From Sporichthyaceae bacterium (GTDB taxonomy: Bacteria; Actinomycetota; Actinomycetes; Prado026): a stretch of 50,620 nucleotides of DNA. The position numbers and the translations under genes are program-made. The notes beneath the pieces were generated by a model. That model did not search any database, was not told where the DNA came from, and worked only from the letters and a program-made list of their open reading frames with translations. This document shows, in pieces, positions 32,188-41,227 of this stretch. The stretch is taken from positions 1 through 50,620 of the forward strand of contig JANMWN010000280.1 in NCBI GenBank assembly GCA_031394045.1. The letters run 5' to 3'. Numbering within the stretch: the first letter of the stretch is position 1; the number at the start of each line of letters is the position of its first letter.

Positions 32188-32568
32188 GTGGCACGCGTGA
32201 AGCGGGCGGTAAACGCCCAGAAGAAGCGTCGCGAGACCCTCGAGCGGGCAAGCGGCTACCACGGCCAGCGCTCGCGGCTCTACCGCAAGGCCAAGGAGCA
32301 GGTCACCCACTCCCTGGTCTACGCCTACCGTGACCGCAAGAAGAAGAAGGGCGACTTCCGTCAGCTCTGGATCCAGCGGATCAACGCGGCTGCCCGTGCC
32401 AACGGGATGACCTACAACCGGTTCATCCAGGGCCTGAAGGCCACCGGCATCCAGGTCGACCGCCGGATGCTGGCCGAGCTGGCCGTCAACGACGCGCCGG
32501 CGTTCGCCCAGCTCGTCGAGCTGGCCAAGGCTGCCCTCCCGGCAGACGTCAACGCCCCCGCGGCCTGA
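32188..32568 (+). CDS. rplT: 50S ribosomal protein L20
   Basis: [36 protein letters not shown]. Confidence 0.98.
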   Translation: MARVKRAVNAQKKRRETLERASGYHGQRSRLYRKAKEQVTHSLVYAYRDRKKKKGDFRQLWIQRINAAARANGMTYNRFIQGLKATGIQVDRRMLAELAVNDAPAFAQLVELAKAALPADVNAPAA

Positions 32569-32591
32569 CGAACCACCGTTCCACGAGCAGG

Positions 32592-32620
32592 ACGCGAGCC
32601 GTGAGTACGCGAGCCGTGAG
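32592..32620 (+). repeat. 15-bp tandem duplication ACGCGAGCCGTGAG(T) in the rplT-trmH spacer
   Basis: Read directly. Confidence 0.85.
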
Positions 32621-32626
32621 CAGCAC

Positions 32627-33499
32627 ATGACAGCCGGCCCCGGGTCGCTGTCCCCGCACAACAGGCGGGTGACGGCGGCCCGACGGCTTTCCAAGCGCGG
32701 GTTCCGCGAGTCCGACCGGTCCTTCCTGGCCGAGGGACCGCAGGCGGTGCGCGAGGCGCTGCGGCACGCCGTCGACGTACCCGGGTCGGTCACCGACCTG
32801 TTCGTCGCGCCCGACGCCGAGCACCGGCACGCCGACCTTGTCCAGGCGGCCGTCGCAGTCGGCGTACCCGTCCACCGGCTGCCCGCCGAGGTGCTCGCCT
32901 CGCTCAGCGGGACCGTCACCCCGCAGGGGCTCGTGGCGGTGTGCCGGTTCCTCGACGTACCCCTCCCCGTCGCGCTGGCGCCGCACCCCTCGCTGGTCGC
33001 CGTGCTGGTCCACGTGCGCGACCCAGGAAATGCGGGCACTGTCCTGCGGGCAGCGGACGCTGCCGGAGCAGGCGCCGTCGTGCTCACCGACGCCAGCGTC
33101 GACCCGTACAACGGCAAGTGCGTCCGCGCCTCGGCCGGGAGCCTGTTCCACCTGCCACTGGTGGCGGGGGTGGCGGTCGAGGCGGCGGTCGCCCAGCTGC
33201 GGGCGGTAGGGCTGCGGGTGCTGGCAGCGGACGGGGCCGGCGACCGCGACCTCGACGACGAGCTCGACGCCGGGACGCTGCGGCAGCCCACCGCCTGGCT
33301 GTTCGGCAACGAGGCCTGGGGGTTGCCGGCCGAGGTGGCAGCACTGGCGGACGCGGTCGTCCGGGTACCCATCCACGGGCGGGCCGAGAGCCTCAACCTC
33401 GCCGCGGCGGCGGCCGTCTGCCTCTACGCCTCCGCGCGGGCGCAGCGCGGGTCCGATCGTGGCGCCAAGGCCCCCTCGCAGCCGGGTGCAAACGCGTGA
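32627..33499 (+). CDS. TrmH/SpoU family RNA methyltransferase
   Basis: RDPGNAGTVLRAADAAG, FGNEAWGL, VPIHGRAESLNLA. Confidence 0.94.
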   Translation: MTAGPGSLSPHNRRVTAARRLSKRGFRESDRSFLAEGPQAVREALRHAVDVPGSVTDLFVAPDAEHRHADLVQAAVAVGVPVHRLPAEVLASLSGTVTPQGLVAVCRFLDVPLPVALAPHPSLVAVLVHVRDPGNAGTVLRAADAAGAGAVVLTDASVDPYNGKCVRASAGSLFHLPLVAGVAVEAAVAQLRAVGLRVLAADGAGDRDLDDELDAGTLRQPTAWLFGNEAWGLPAEVAALADAVVRVPIHGRAESLNLAAAAAVCLYASARAQRGSDRGAKAPSQPGANA

Positions 33500-34554
33500 C
33501 CGACCCGGTCACCGCTGCGGACGCGTTGCTGGCGGCCGCGCCCGATGGCCTCGTCGTCGCGGATGCCGACGGCATCGTGACCCTGCTCAACCGGGCGGCC
33601 GCCAAGGTCACCGGCATCGAGCCGCTCTGGGCGGTCGGCCGGCCGATCAGCGAGGTGCTGCCGCTCGAGGATGCACGCGGGCGGTCGTGGTGGACCTGCA
33701 CCGACCCGTACGCCGGCCTGGCGACCCGCACCGGAGCACCTGAGGTGGAGCTGAACCTCGGGGGAGCCGAGGCGGCGAGCCTCTTGGTCACGGCGTCGTA
33801 CCTGCGGGCGGGCGGCCCGCTCACCCCGGTGACGACCGTCGTGGTGGCGCTGCGCAGCACGGCTGGGCGCGACCGGTTGCAGCGTGACCAGGCCGAGCTG
33901 GTTGCCACCGTGGCGCACGAGCTGCGCTCACCACTGACGTCGGTGAAGGGGTTCACCTCGACCCTGCTGGCCAAGTGGGAGCTGTTCTCCGACGAGCAAC
34001 GGCGGCTGATGCTCGAGACGGTCGAGGCCGACGCCGACCGGGTGACGCGGCTGATCACCGAGCTGCTCGACGTCGCGCGGATCGACTCGGGCCGGCTCGA
34101 GCTGCACCGGAGCCTGGTCGACCTGCCCGCCGTCCTGCGGCGGCACGTCGCCCGCCTGGTCGCAGGGGGCGGGGCGCAGGAGCGGTTCGAGGTCCGGGTC
34201 GAGCCGGGGCTGCCCGAGACCTGGGCCGACTCCGACAAGCTCGACCAGGTCTTCGCCAACCTGCTCGAGAACGCGCTGCGGCACGGCGACGGCCGGGTGT
34301 TCATCGCGATCGAGCCGTCACCGGTGGGCAGCTCGATCACGGTGCACGACGAGGGGGCCGGCGTACCCCCCGAGGCGGCGGCGCGCGTGTTCACCAAGTT
34401 CTGGCGGGGCGGCCGCCGGGGTGGGACCGGCCTGGGGCTCTACATCGCCAAGGGCATGGTCGAGCTGCACGAGGGGAGCATCGCCTTGACGGCGGCCCCG
34501 GGTGGTGGTGCCCAGTTCCGCATCGACCTCCCGCCCGGCACCCCACCCGGCTGA
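33496..34554 (+). CDS. Cytoplasmic PAS-domain sensor histidine kinase (no adjacent response regulator)
   Basis: PAS (PDGLVVAD..G.V...NRAA), H-box AHELRSPLTSVKG, N-box NLLENALRHG, DEGAGV, GTGLGL; GTGA overlap. Confidence 0.92.
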   Translation: MTDPVTAADALLAAAPDGLVVADADGIVTLLNRAAAKVTGIEPLWAVGRPISEVLPLEDARGRSWWTCTDPYAGLATRTGAPEVELNLGGAEAASLLVTASYLRAGGPLTPVTTVVVALRSTAGRDRLQRDQAELVATVAHELRSPLTSVKGFTSTLLAKWELFSDEQRRLMLETVEADADRVTRLITELLDVARIDSGRLELHRSLVDLPAVLRRHVARLVAGGGAQERFEVRVEPGLPETWADSDKLDQVFANLLENALRHGDGRVFIAIEPSPVGSSITVHDEGAGVPPEAAARVFTKFWRGGRRGGTGLGLYIAKGMVELHEGSIALTAAPGGGAQFRIDLPPGTPPG

Positions 34555-34566
34555 CCCCCTGCTTCC

Positions 34567-34641
34567 AGTCGATCTTGAGTCGATCTTGAGAGATGACTGG
34601 GCGACACGCCGTACGGAGCAGTGATCTCTCAAGATCGACTC
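34567..34641. repeat. REP-like palindromic element: perfect 18-bp inverted repeat plus 11-bp tandem duplication
   Basis: GAGTCGATCTTGAGAGAT (34577-34594) pairs with ATCTCTCAAGATCGACTC (34624-34641); after one mismatch ACTG/CAGT pair; loop GGCGACACGCCGTACGGAG; AGTCGATCTTG duplicated at 34567 and 34578. Confidence 0.85.
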
Positions 34642-34726
34642 GACGCTGGGCCGGCCAGCGGGGCGGGGTACGCGTGAGCGCCTAGACTCGGGCCGACGTC
34701 AGCGAACCCGAAGGACCCCCGTACCC

Positions 34727-35836
34727 ATGTCCGCGCCCAACAAGCCCTACGACCCCGTCGAGGTGACCGTGCTGCACCCCGACGAGGTCACCCGAGCCCG
34801 CGACGAGGCCCTCCGCGCCGTCGCCTCAGCCCCGGACCTCGCCGCCCTCAAGGACGTACGCGTGGCGCACGACGGTGACCGATCGCCGCTCGCCCTGGCC
34901 AACCGCGAGATCGGCGCGCTCCCGCCGCAGGCCAAGGCCGAGGCCGGCAAGCGCGTCGGCGAGGCCCGCGCGCTCATCCGGTCCGCCCTCGCCGTCCGCG
35001 AGGCCGAGCTCACGGCCGAGCGTGACGCCCGGGTCCTGGTCGAGGAGGCGGTCGACGTGACGCTGCCCTTCGACCGGGCGCGGGTCGGTGCCAGGCACCC
35101 GCTGACCACGATCGTCGAGCGCATCTGCGAGGTCTTCGTCGCCCTTGGGTACGACGTCGCGGACGGCCCCGAGGTCGAGGCCGAGTGGTACAACTTCGAC
35201 GCCCTCAACTTCCTGCCCGACCATCCTGCGCGCACGACGCAGGACACCTTCTGGGTCGACTCGCCCGAGTCTGGCGTCGTCCTGCGTACGCACACCTCGC
35301 CGGTCCAGGCACGCACGATGCTTGCGCAGCAGCCGCCGATCCACGTGATCTGCCCGGGCCGTACCTATCGCACCGACGAGCTCGACGCGACGCACACGCC
35401 GGTGTTCAGCCAGGTCGAGGGGCTGGTGGTGGACGAGGGTGTGACCATGGCCGGCCTCAAGGGTACGCTCGACCACTTCGCCGAGGCGATGTTCGGCAAG
35501 GGCATCGTCACTCGGCTGCGGCCGCACTACTTCCCGTTCACCGAGCCGTCCGCCGAGGTCGACCTCGAGTGCTTCGTCTGCCGTGGCGACTCGGTCGACA
35601 ACCCCGACCGGCCATGCCGTACGTGCGGCTCCCAGGGCTGGATCGAGTGGGGCGGTTGCGGCATGGTCAACCCGCACGTGCTGGTCGCCTGCGGTATCGA
35701 CCCCGAGCGCTACACCGGGTTCGCCTTCGGGATGGGCATCGAGCGGACGCTGATGTTCAGCCGCGGCGTCGAGGACATGCGCGACATGGTCGAGGGCGAC
35801 GTCCGCTTCACCCAGGCCTTCGGCATGGAGGTCTGA
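34727..35836 (+). CDS. pheS: Phenylalanyl-tRNA synthetase alpha subunit
   Basis: NFDALNF..DHPAR..QDTF, LRTHTSPVQ, YFPFTEPSAE, GFAFGMGIER. Confidence 0.98.
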   Translation: MSAPNKPYDPVEVTVLHPDEVTRARDEALRAVASAPDLAALKDVRVAHDGDRSPLALANREIGALPPQAKAEAGKRVGEARALIRSALAVREAELTAERDARVLVEEAVDVTLPFDRARVGARHPLTTIVERICEVFVALGYDVADGPEVEAEWYNFDALNFLPDHPARTTQDTFWVDSPESGVVLRTHTSPVQARTMLAQQPPIHVICPGRTYRTDELDATHTPVFSQVEGLVVDEGVTMAGLKGTLDHFAEAMFGKGIVTRLRPHYFPFTEPSAEVDLECFVCRGDSVDNPDRPCRTCGSQGWIEWGGCGMVNPHVLVACGIDPERYTGFAFGMGIERTLMFSRGVEDMRDMVEGDVRFTQAFGMEV

Positions 35837-38349
35837 TGCGGGTCCCCGTCTCGTGGCTGGCCGAGCTCGTCGACCTCCCACCCGGCATCTCCGCCCGTGC
35901 CATCGCCTCCGCGCTCGTACGGGTCGGGATCGAGGTCGAGGCGGTCGATGACGTGGCGGCCGACCTGATCGGGCCGCTCGTGGTCGGCCGGGTGCTCGCG
36001 CTCGCCGAGGAGCCGCACAGCAACGGCAAGACGATCCGCTGGTGCCAGGTGGACGTCGGGAACGACGAGCCCCAGGGGATCGTCTGCGGCGCCGCCAACT
36101 TCGCCGTCGGCGACGCGGTCGTCGTCGTCCTGCCCGGTGCGGTGCTGCCCGGCGGCTTCGCCATCGCTGCCCGCAAGACCTACGGTCACGTCTCGGACGG
36201 GATGATCTGCTCGGTCCGCGAGCTCGGGCTCGGCGACGAGCACACCGGGATCCTGGTGCTGTCCGAGGCCGACCTCGGTGGCGCGAGGCCCGGGGACGAC
36301 GCCCGCCCGGTGCTGGGCATCCCCGACTCGGTGCTCGACATCGCCGTCACGCCGGACCGTGGCTACTGCCTGTCCGTACGCGGTATCGCCCGCGAGGTCG
36401 CGACCGCTCTGGGTGTCGGCTTCCGTGACCCCGCCCAGCGCATGCTCCCGGCAGCAGGGGGCGACGGCTGGCCGGTCGTGCTCGACGACGTCTCCGGCTG
36501 CGACCGCTTCGTCGCGCGCACCGTCCGCGGCATCGACCCGGCGGCGCCGTCCCCGTTCTGGCTGCGCAGCCGGCTCGGCCTGATGGGGATGCGGCCGATC
36601 TCGGTGGCCGTCGACATCACCAACTACGTGATGCTCGAGCTGGGGCAGCCCATCCACGGCTACGACAGGGACCGGCTGACCGGGCCGATCGTCGTACGCC
36701 GTGCGGCGCCCGACGAGAGGATCGAGACCCTCGACGGCACCTCGCGCGCCCTGGGCCCCGAGGACCTCCTCATCGTCGACGGCTCGGGCCCGATCGGCGT
36801 CGCCGGTGTCATGGGTGGTGCGTCGACCGAGCTCAGCGCGGCCACGGTCGACGTCGTCGTCGAGGCAGCCCACTTCGCGCCGCTCGTGATCGCACGGGCC
36901 TCCCGCCGGCACCGGTTGTCCAGCGAGGCGTCCCGGCGTTTCGAGCGGGGGGTCGACGACGACCTGGCGGCCCACGCCGCCGACCGGGTCAGCGAGCTGC
37001 TCTGCTCGCTCGCCGGTGGCACGGTGGACGCGCGGGTCACCGACGTCGACCTGCGCCGGCCGCGTACGACGGTGTGGCTCGACCTCGGGCTGCCGGCCAG
37101 GTTGGTCGGCATCGACCTGCCTGCAGCCGAGGTCGTGTCCCTGCTCGAGGCTGTCGGCTGCACGTTGTCCGAAGTCTCAAGTGACGCCGCGGACCAGCGC
37201 GTGCAGGTGGTCGCACCGTCCTGGCGCCCCGACCTCGTCGCCGACGTCGACCTGGTCGAGGAGGTCGCCCGGCTGCACGGGTACGACGCGATCCCCGGCG
37301 TCCTGCCCCCGGTCGTGGCCGGCCCCCGACGACCGCTGCCGGGCGTGCACCAGACCCGGGTCGGCCGGGCCCTGGCCGGCGCCGGCTACGTCGAGGTGCG
37401 TAGCTATCCCTTCGTCGGGGTCCCGGCTCTCGATGCGCTCGGGCTCGACGCCGACGACCCGCGCCGCCGGGCCACCAGGCTGGCCAACCCGATCTCCGAC
37501 GAGGAACCGTTCCTGCGCACCACGTTGCTCCCCGGCCTGGTCGCAGCCGCGCGCCGCAACCTCGGCCGCGGAGCACCCGACCTGGCCCTGTTCGAGACCG
37601 CCAGCGTCTTCCACCCGCGCACCGATGGCCCGGTCCTGGCCCCGCGGCTGGGGGTCGACGCCCGCCCGAGCGACGAGCAGCTCGCGGCCCTGGACGCGGC
37701 GCTGCCGGCCCAGCCGGTGCACGTCGCCCTTCTGCTCACCGGCGCGATCGAGCCGGCCGGCTGGTGGGGCCCCCCTCGCGCGGCCACCTGGGCCGATGCG
37801 GTCGAGGCGGCGCGGACGGTGGCCCGCTCGGTGGGTACGCAGGTCCGCGTACGCGCCGGCGAGCTGGCGCCGTGGCACCCGGGTCGATGTGCCGAGATCG
37901 TCGTGGGGGAGCCCGGCTCGGAGCGGGTGGTGGGGCACGCCGGAGAGTTGCACCCGCAGGCCTGCATCGACCTCGGGATGCCGGCGCGCGCCTGCGCGGC
38001 CGAGCTGTCGCTGACCGCGCTCGCCGCCGCGGCCCTGCCTCCGGCATCGGCGCCGGACATCTCCAGCTTCCCGGTCGCCAGCCAGGACGTCGCTCTCGTC
38101 GTCGACATGACTGTTGCGGCTGCAGCGGTCGAGGAGGCTCTCGTCGTCGGTGCCGGGCCGCTGCTCGAGTCGGTGCGGCTCTTCGACGTCTACACCGGAA
38201 CGCAGGTCGGCGCGGGCCGCAAGTCGCTGGCCTACTCGCTCCGGTTCCGCGCCGACGACCGCACGCTCACGGCCGACGAGGCCTCGGCGGCCAGGGACGC
38301 GGCCGTCGACGAGGCCGCCCGCCGGGTCGGAGCGGTCCCGCGTCGATGA
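35836..38349 (+). CDS. pheT: Phenylalanyl-tRNA synthetase beta subunit
   Basis: MRVPVSWL, IVCGAANF, SDGMICS, TPDRGYCLS, DITNYVMLELGQP, RRFERGVD, LFDVYTG..KSLAY. Confidence 0.97.
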   Translation: MRVPVSWLAELVDLPPGISARAIASALVRVGIEVEAVDDVAADLIGPLVVGRVLALAEEPHSNGKTIRWCQVDVGNDEPQGIVCGAANFAVGDAVVVVLPGAVLPGGFAIAARKTYGHVSDGMICSVRELGLGDEHTGILVLSEADLGGARPGDDARPVLGIPDSVLDIAVTPDRGYCLSVRGIAREVATALGVGFRDPAQRMLPAAGGDGWPVVLDDVSGCDRFVARTVRGIDPAAPSPFWLRSRLGLMGMRPISVAVDITNYVMLELGQPIHGYDRDRLTGPIVVRRAAPDERIETLDGTSRALGPEDLLIVDGSGPIGVAGVMGGASTELSAATVDVVVEAAHFAPLVIARASRRHRLSSEASRRFERGVDDDLAAHAADRVSELLCSLAGGTVDARVTDVDLRRPRTTVWLDLGLPARLVGIDLPAAEVVSLLEAVGCTLSEVSSDAADQRVQVVAPSWRPDLVADVDLVEEVARLHGYDAIPGVLPPVVAGPRRPLPGVHQTRVGRALAGAGYVEVRSYPFVGVPALDALGLDADDPRRRATRLANPISDEEPFLRTTLLPGLVAAARRNLGRGAPDLALFETASVFHPRTDGPVLAPRLGVDARPSDEQLAALDAALPAQPVHVALLLTGAIEPAGWWGPPRAATWADAVEAARTVARSVGTQVRVRAGELAPWHPGRCAEIVVGEPGSERVVGHAGELHPQACIDLGMPARACAAELSLTALAAAALPPASAPDISSFPVASQDVALVVDMTVAAAAVEEALVVGAGPLLESVRLFDVYTGTQVGAGRKSLAYSLRFRADDRTLTADEASAARDAAVDEAARRVGAVPRR

Positions 38350-39296
38350 GCCTGCTGGCGGCCGGTTACACCGGCCCAGCGGAGCTCACCGCAGCGAGCG
38401 CGCTGACGACCTGGAGCTTCGACCCCGTCGCGGCTGCGCTGGTCCTGCTCCTGGCCTGGGCCTACACCCGGGGCGTACGCCGGCTGCGCGCGCAGGGGCA
38501 GCCCTGGCCGGTCGGTCGCTCGGTGTGGTTCGGCCTGGGGCTGCTGGCCCTGGTCGTCGAGTCGATGTCGTTCCTCGGGGCGTATGCGCACACGCTGTTC
38601 TGGGTGACCGCCGCACAGATGGCCCTGCTGCTCACGGTGATCCCGGTGCTGCTCGTCCTCGGCGGCCCGGTCTCGTTGCTCACTCGCGCGGCGCCCAGCA
38701 CCGAGCCGCGGGTCGAGCAGGTGCTCGCCAGCGCCCCGACGCGAGTGCTGACGTTCCCCCTGATCGGTTCGATCCTGGTCGCCACGGTGCCGTTCCTCGT
38801 GTACTTCACGCCATGGTTCGAGGCCAGCCTGCGGCACCTGCCGGTCTACTGGTCCCTGCACCTGGTCCTGCTGACGGTGGGCCTGCTGTTCTTCTGGCCG
38901 GTGCTCTCGATCGACCGCGAGCCCCGGATCCACTATGTCGCCCTCACCGTGATCGTGCTCGCCGAGACGCTGTTCGACGCCGTACCTGGTATCGCACTGT
39001 GGCTGGGTACTACCCCGATCGCGGGCGACTACTACCGCGAGGTGGCGCGGCCCTGGGGTCGGAGCATGCTCTCCGACCAGCAGTTCGGCGGCGTCGTGCT
39101 CTGGGGGATCGGCGAGCTGGTCGGGCTCCCGCTGCTGATGATCGTCGTCGTCCAGTGGATGCGCTCAGACGCGAGGGACGCGGCCCGCATCGACCGTGAG
39201 CTCGACGCAGCCGACGCTGAGGCTGAGGCTGAGGCGCAGCACGACCGCGCGGTCGAGCTCGGCTACCAGGGCATCGAGAGGAAGGGCGAGGAGTAG
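38346..39296 (+). CDS. Cytochrome c oxidase assembly protein (caa3-type CtaG family), multi-pass membrane protein
   Basis: Multiple TM segments; Y..GV.RL...G..WP..R, LFW..AAQ..LL..V.P.LL.LGGP, H.VLL..G.LFFWP, SDQQFGG..LW.IGE. Confidence 0.78.
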   Translation: MSLLAAGYTGPAELTAASALTTWSFDPVAAALVLLLAWAYTRGVRRLRAQGQPWPVGRSVWFGLGLLALVVESMSFLGAYAHTLFWVTAAQMALLLTVIPVLLVLGGPVSLLTRAAPSTEPRVEQVLASAPTRVLTFPLIGSILVATVPFLVYFTPWFEASLRHLPVYWSLHLVLLTVGLLFFWPVLSIDREPRIHYVALTVIVLAETLFDAVPGIALWLGTTPIAGDYYREVARPWGRSMLSDQQFGGVVLWGIGELVGLPLLMIVVVQWMRSDARDAARIDRELDAADAEAEAEAQHDRAVELGYQGIERKGEE

Positions 39297-40135
39297 TCGG
39301 GCGCGGTGCCCAGCACCCGCTCGATGTCCTCGGCGCTCATGTCGGCGGCGCGGGCGCCGGCCGAGACGATCCGGTCGAGCAGCGTCACGTCGCCGGCCGT
39401 CGCGATCCCCGTCACCCCGGGCTGACGCAGGACGAAGGCCACGCAGGCGTCGATGTGCTCGGGGTCATCCCACGGCTCGTACCAGGTGGCGTACGACTGG
39501 TCGGCGCCGTCCGGCCAGTTGCGCCGCGAGACGGTCTTGATCGTCATCAGCCCGACGTCGTCCCGGCCGCAGGCCTCCACCAGCGCGAGGAAGTCGGCGC
39601 GGAACGCCGGGTCGCCGGCCAGCACGAAGTTCCAGGGCGAGAGCACCGTGTCGAAAGCGAACCGGCGCAACGCCTCGACGTGCGTGGCCGGCGCCTGGTC
39701 CCCGTGCCCGGTGATGCCGATCGCGCCCACGAGACCTTCGTCCCGAGCCCGTACCGCTGCCTCGAGCGCGCCTCCGGTCCCGGTGGCCCGGTCGAGGTCG
39801 GCCAGGTCGCCAACCGCGTGCAGCTGGATCAGGTCGACGCGGTCGACCTGGAGGCGTTCCAGGGACTCGTTGATCGAGCGCCAGGCCGCCTCGCGCTCGC
39901 GCTCGCCGGTCTTGGTGGCGAGGAACGCGTCTGGCCCCAGCCGGCCGGCCCAGGGGCCCATCCGCAGCTCGGCGTCGCCGTAGGACCTCGCGACGTCGAA
40001 GTGGTTGATGCCTGCCTCGATGGCGGCGGCGATCGACGCGTCGGCGACGTCCTGCCCGACGTCGGCCAGCGCGGCTGCGCCGTAGATCAGGACACTGCTG
40101 GGGTGCTCGAGCCGGCCGAGCCTGCGCTGCTCCAT
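39263..40135 (-). CDS. Aldo/keto reductase
   Basis: MEQRRLGR, GINHFDVARSYGDAE, FLATKT, SLERLQVDRVDLIQLH, IGITGH. Confidence 0.93.
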   Translation of the reverse strand: MEQRRLGRLEHPSSVLIYGAAALADVGQDVADASIAAAIEAGINHFDVARSYGDAELRMGPWAGRLGPDAFLATKTGEREREAAWRSINESLERLQVDRVDLIQLHAVGDLADLDRATGTGGALEAAVRARDEGLVGAIGITGHGDQAPATHVEALRRFAFDTVLSPWNFVLAGDPAFRADFLALVEACGRDDVGLMTIKTVSRRNWPDGADQSYATWYEPWDDPEHIDACVAFVLRQPGVTGIATAGDVTLLDRIVSAGARAADMSAEDIERVLGTAPDYSSPFLSMPW

Positions 40136-40158
40136 GCCCGTCAGCCTACTCACCGGTC

Positions 40159-40192
40159 TATGTATGAACTTGCGTATCATGGTATACATGCA
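40159..40192. promoter_or_regulatory. Putative ARG boxes (ArgR operator) overlapping the argC promoter
   Basis: AT-rich patch TGTATGAACTTGCG-TATCAT-GGTATACATGCA resembling TGCAT-N4-ATGCA half-sites; -10-like TATCAT at 40175-40180; argR is in the operon. Confidence 0.7.
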
Positions 40193-40195
40193 CGC

Positions 40196-41227
40196 ATGGG
40201 TCTGACAGTCTCGCTCGCTGGCGCGAGCGGCTACGCAGGGGGCGAGCTGCTCCGCCTGCTGCTCGGTCATCCCGAGCTCGAGATCGGCACCCTGGCGGCC
40301 GGAGCGAGCGCCGGTCAGCCGGTCACCGCGCTGCACCCGTCGCTGCTAGCCCTCGCCGACCGCACGTTCGAGACGACGCACGCGAGCACCCTCGCCGAGG
40401 CCGACCTGGTGTTCCTCGCCCTGCCGCACGGGGAGTCGGCCGCGCTGGTGTCCCAGCTGCCGGAAGGCACCAAGGTCGTCGACCTCGGCGCCGACTTCCG
40501 GTTGGTCGAGGCGTCCGACTGGACCAGCTACTACCCGGGCTCGCACGCCGGCACCTGGACGTATGGCCTGCCCGAGCTCCCCGGGGCGCGGGCCCTGGTC
40601 GCCGCCAGCAGCAGGGTCGCGAACCCCGGCTGCTACGCGACCTCGGTCGTGCTCGGTCTCGCTCCGCTCCTCGCGGCCGGCCTGGTCAGCCCCGACGACA
40701 TCGTGGTCGTGGGCGCCTCCGGCACCAGCGGCGCCGGACGCAAGGCCTCCGACGGACTGCTGGCCAGCAACGTCGCCGGCGGCGTCTCCGCGTACAAGGC
40801 CGGCGGTGTGCACCAGCACACGCCCGAGATGGAGCAGGCGCTCGCGTCGGTGGCCGGTGCCCCCGTCACACTGTCCTTCACCCCGCTGCTGGTCCCGATG
40901 CCGCGCGGCATCCTGTCGACCTGTACGGCCCGGCTCGCCGACGGCGTCAGCACCGACGACCTCCGGCGTGCACTCGCGTACGCGTACGCCGGCGAACCGT
41001 TCGTCCACCTGCTGGCCGAGGACTGCTGGCCCACGACGAAGGCGACCGCAGGCAGCAACGCGGCCGTCATCCAGGCCGCCGCCGACCAGCACGCAGGCCG
41101 CGCCGTCGTCACTGTCGCCATCGACAACCTCGGCAAGGGCGCCGCTGGGCAGGCTCTGCAGAACGCCAACCTCGTGCTCGGTCTCCCCGAGACGACTGGG
41201 CTCCTCGCACCTGGGGTCGCGCCATGA
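40196..41227 (+). CDS. argC: N-acetyl-gamma-glutamyl-phosphate reductase
   Basis: GASGYAGGEL, FLALPHG, DLGADFR, YGLPEL, ANPGCY, IDNLGKGAAGQA. Confidence 0.97.
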   Translation: MGLTVSLAGASGYAGGELLRLLLGHPELEIGTLAAGASAGQPVTALHPSLLALADRTFETTHASTLAEADLVFLALPHGESAALVSQLPEGTKVVDLGADFRLVEASDWTSYYPGSHAGTWTYGLPELPGARALVAASSRVANPGCYATSVVLGLAPLLAAGLVSPDDIVVVGASGTSGAGRKASDGLLASNVAGGVSAYKAGGVHQHTPEMEQALASVAGAPVTLSFTPLLVPMPRGILSTCTARLADGVSTDDLRRALAYAYAGEPFVHLLAEDCWPTTKATAGSNAAVIQAAADQHAGRAVVTVAIDNLGKGAAGQALQNANLVLGLPETTGLLAPGVAP

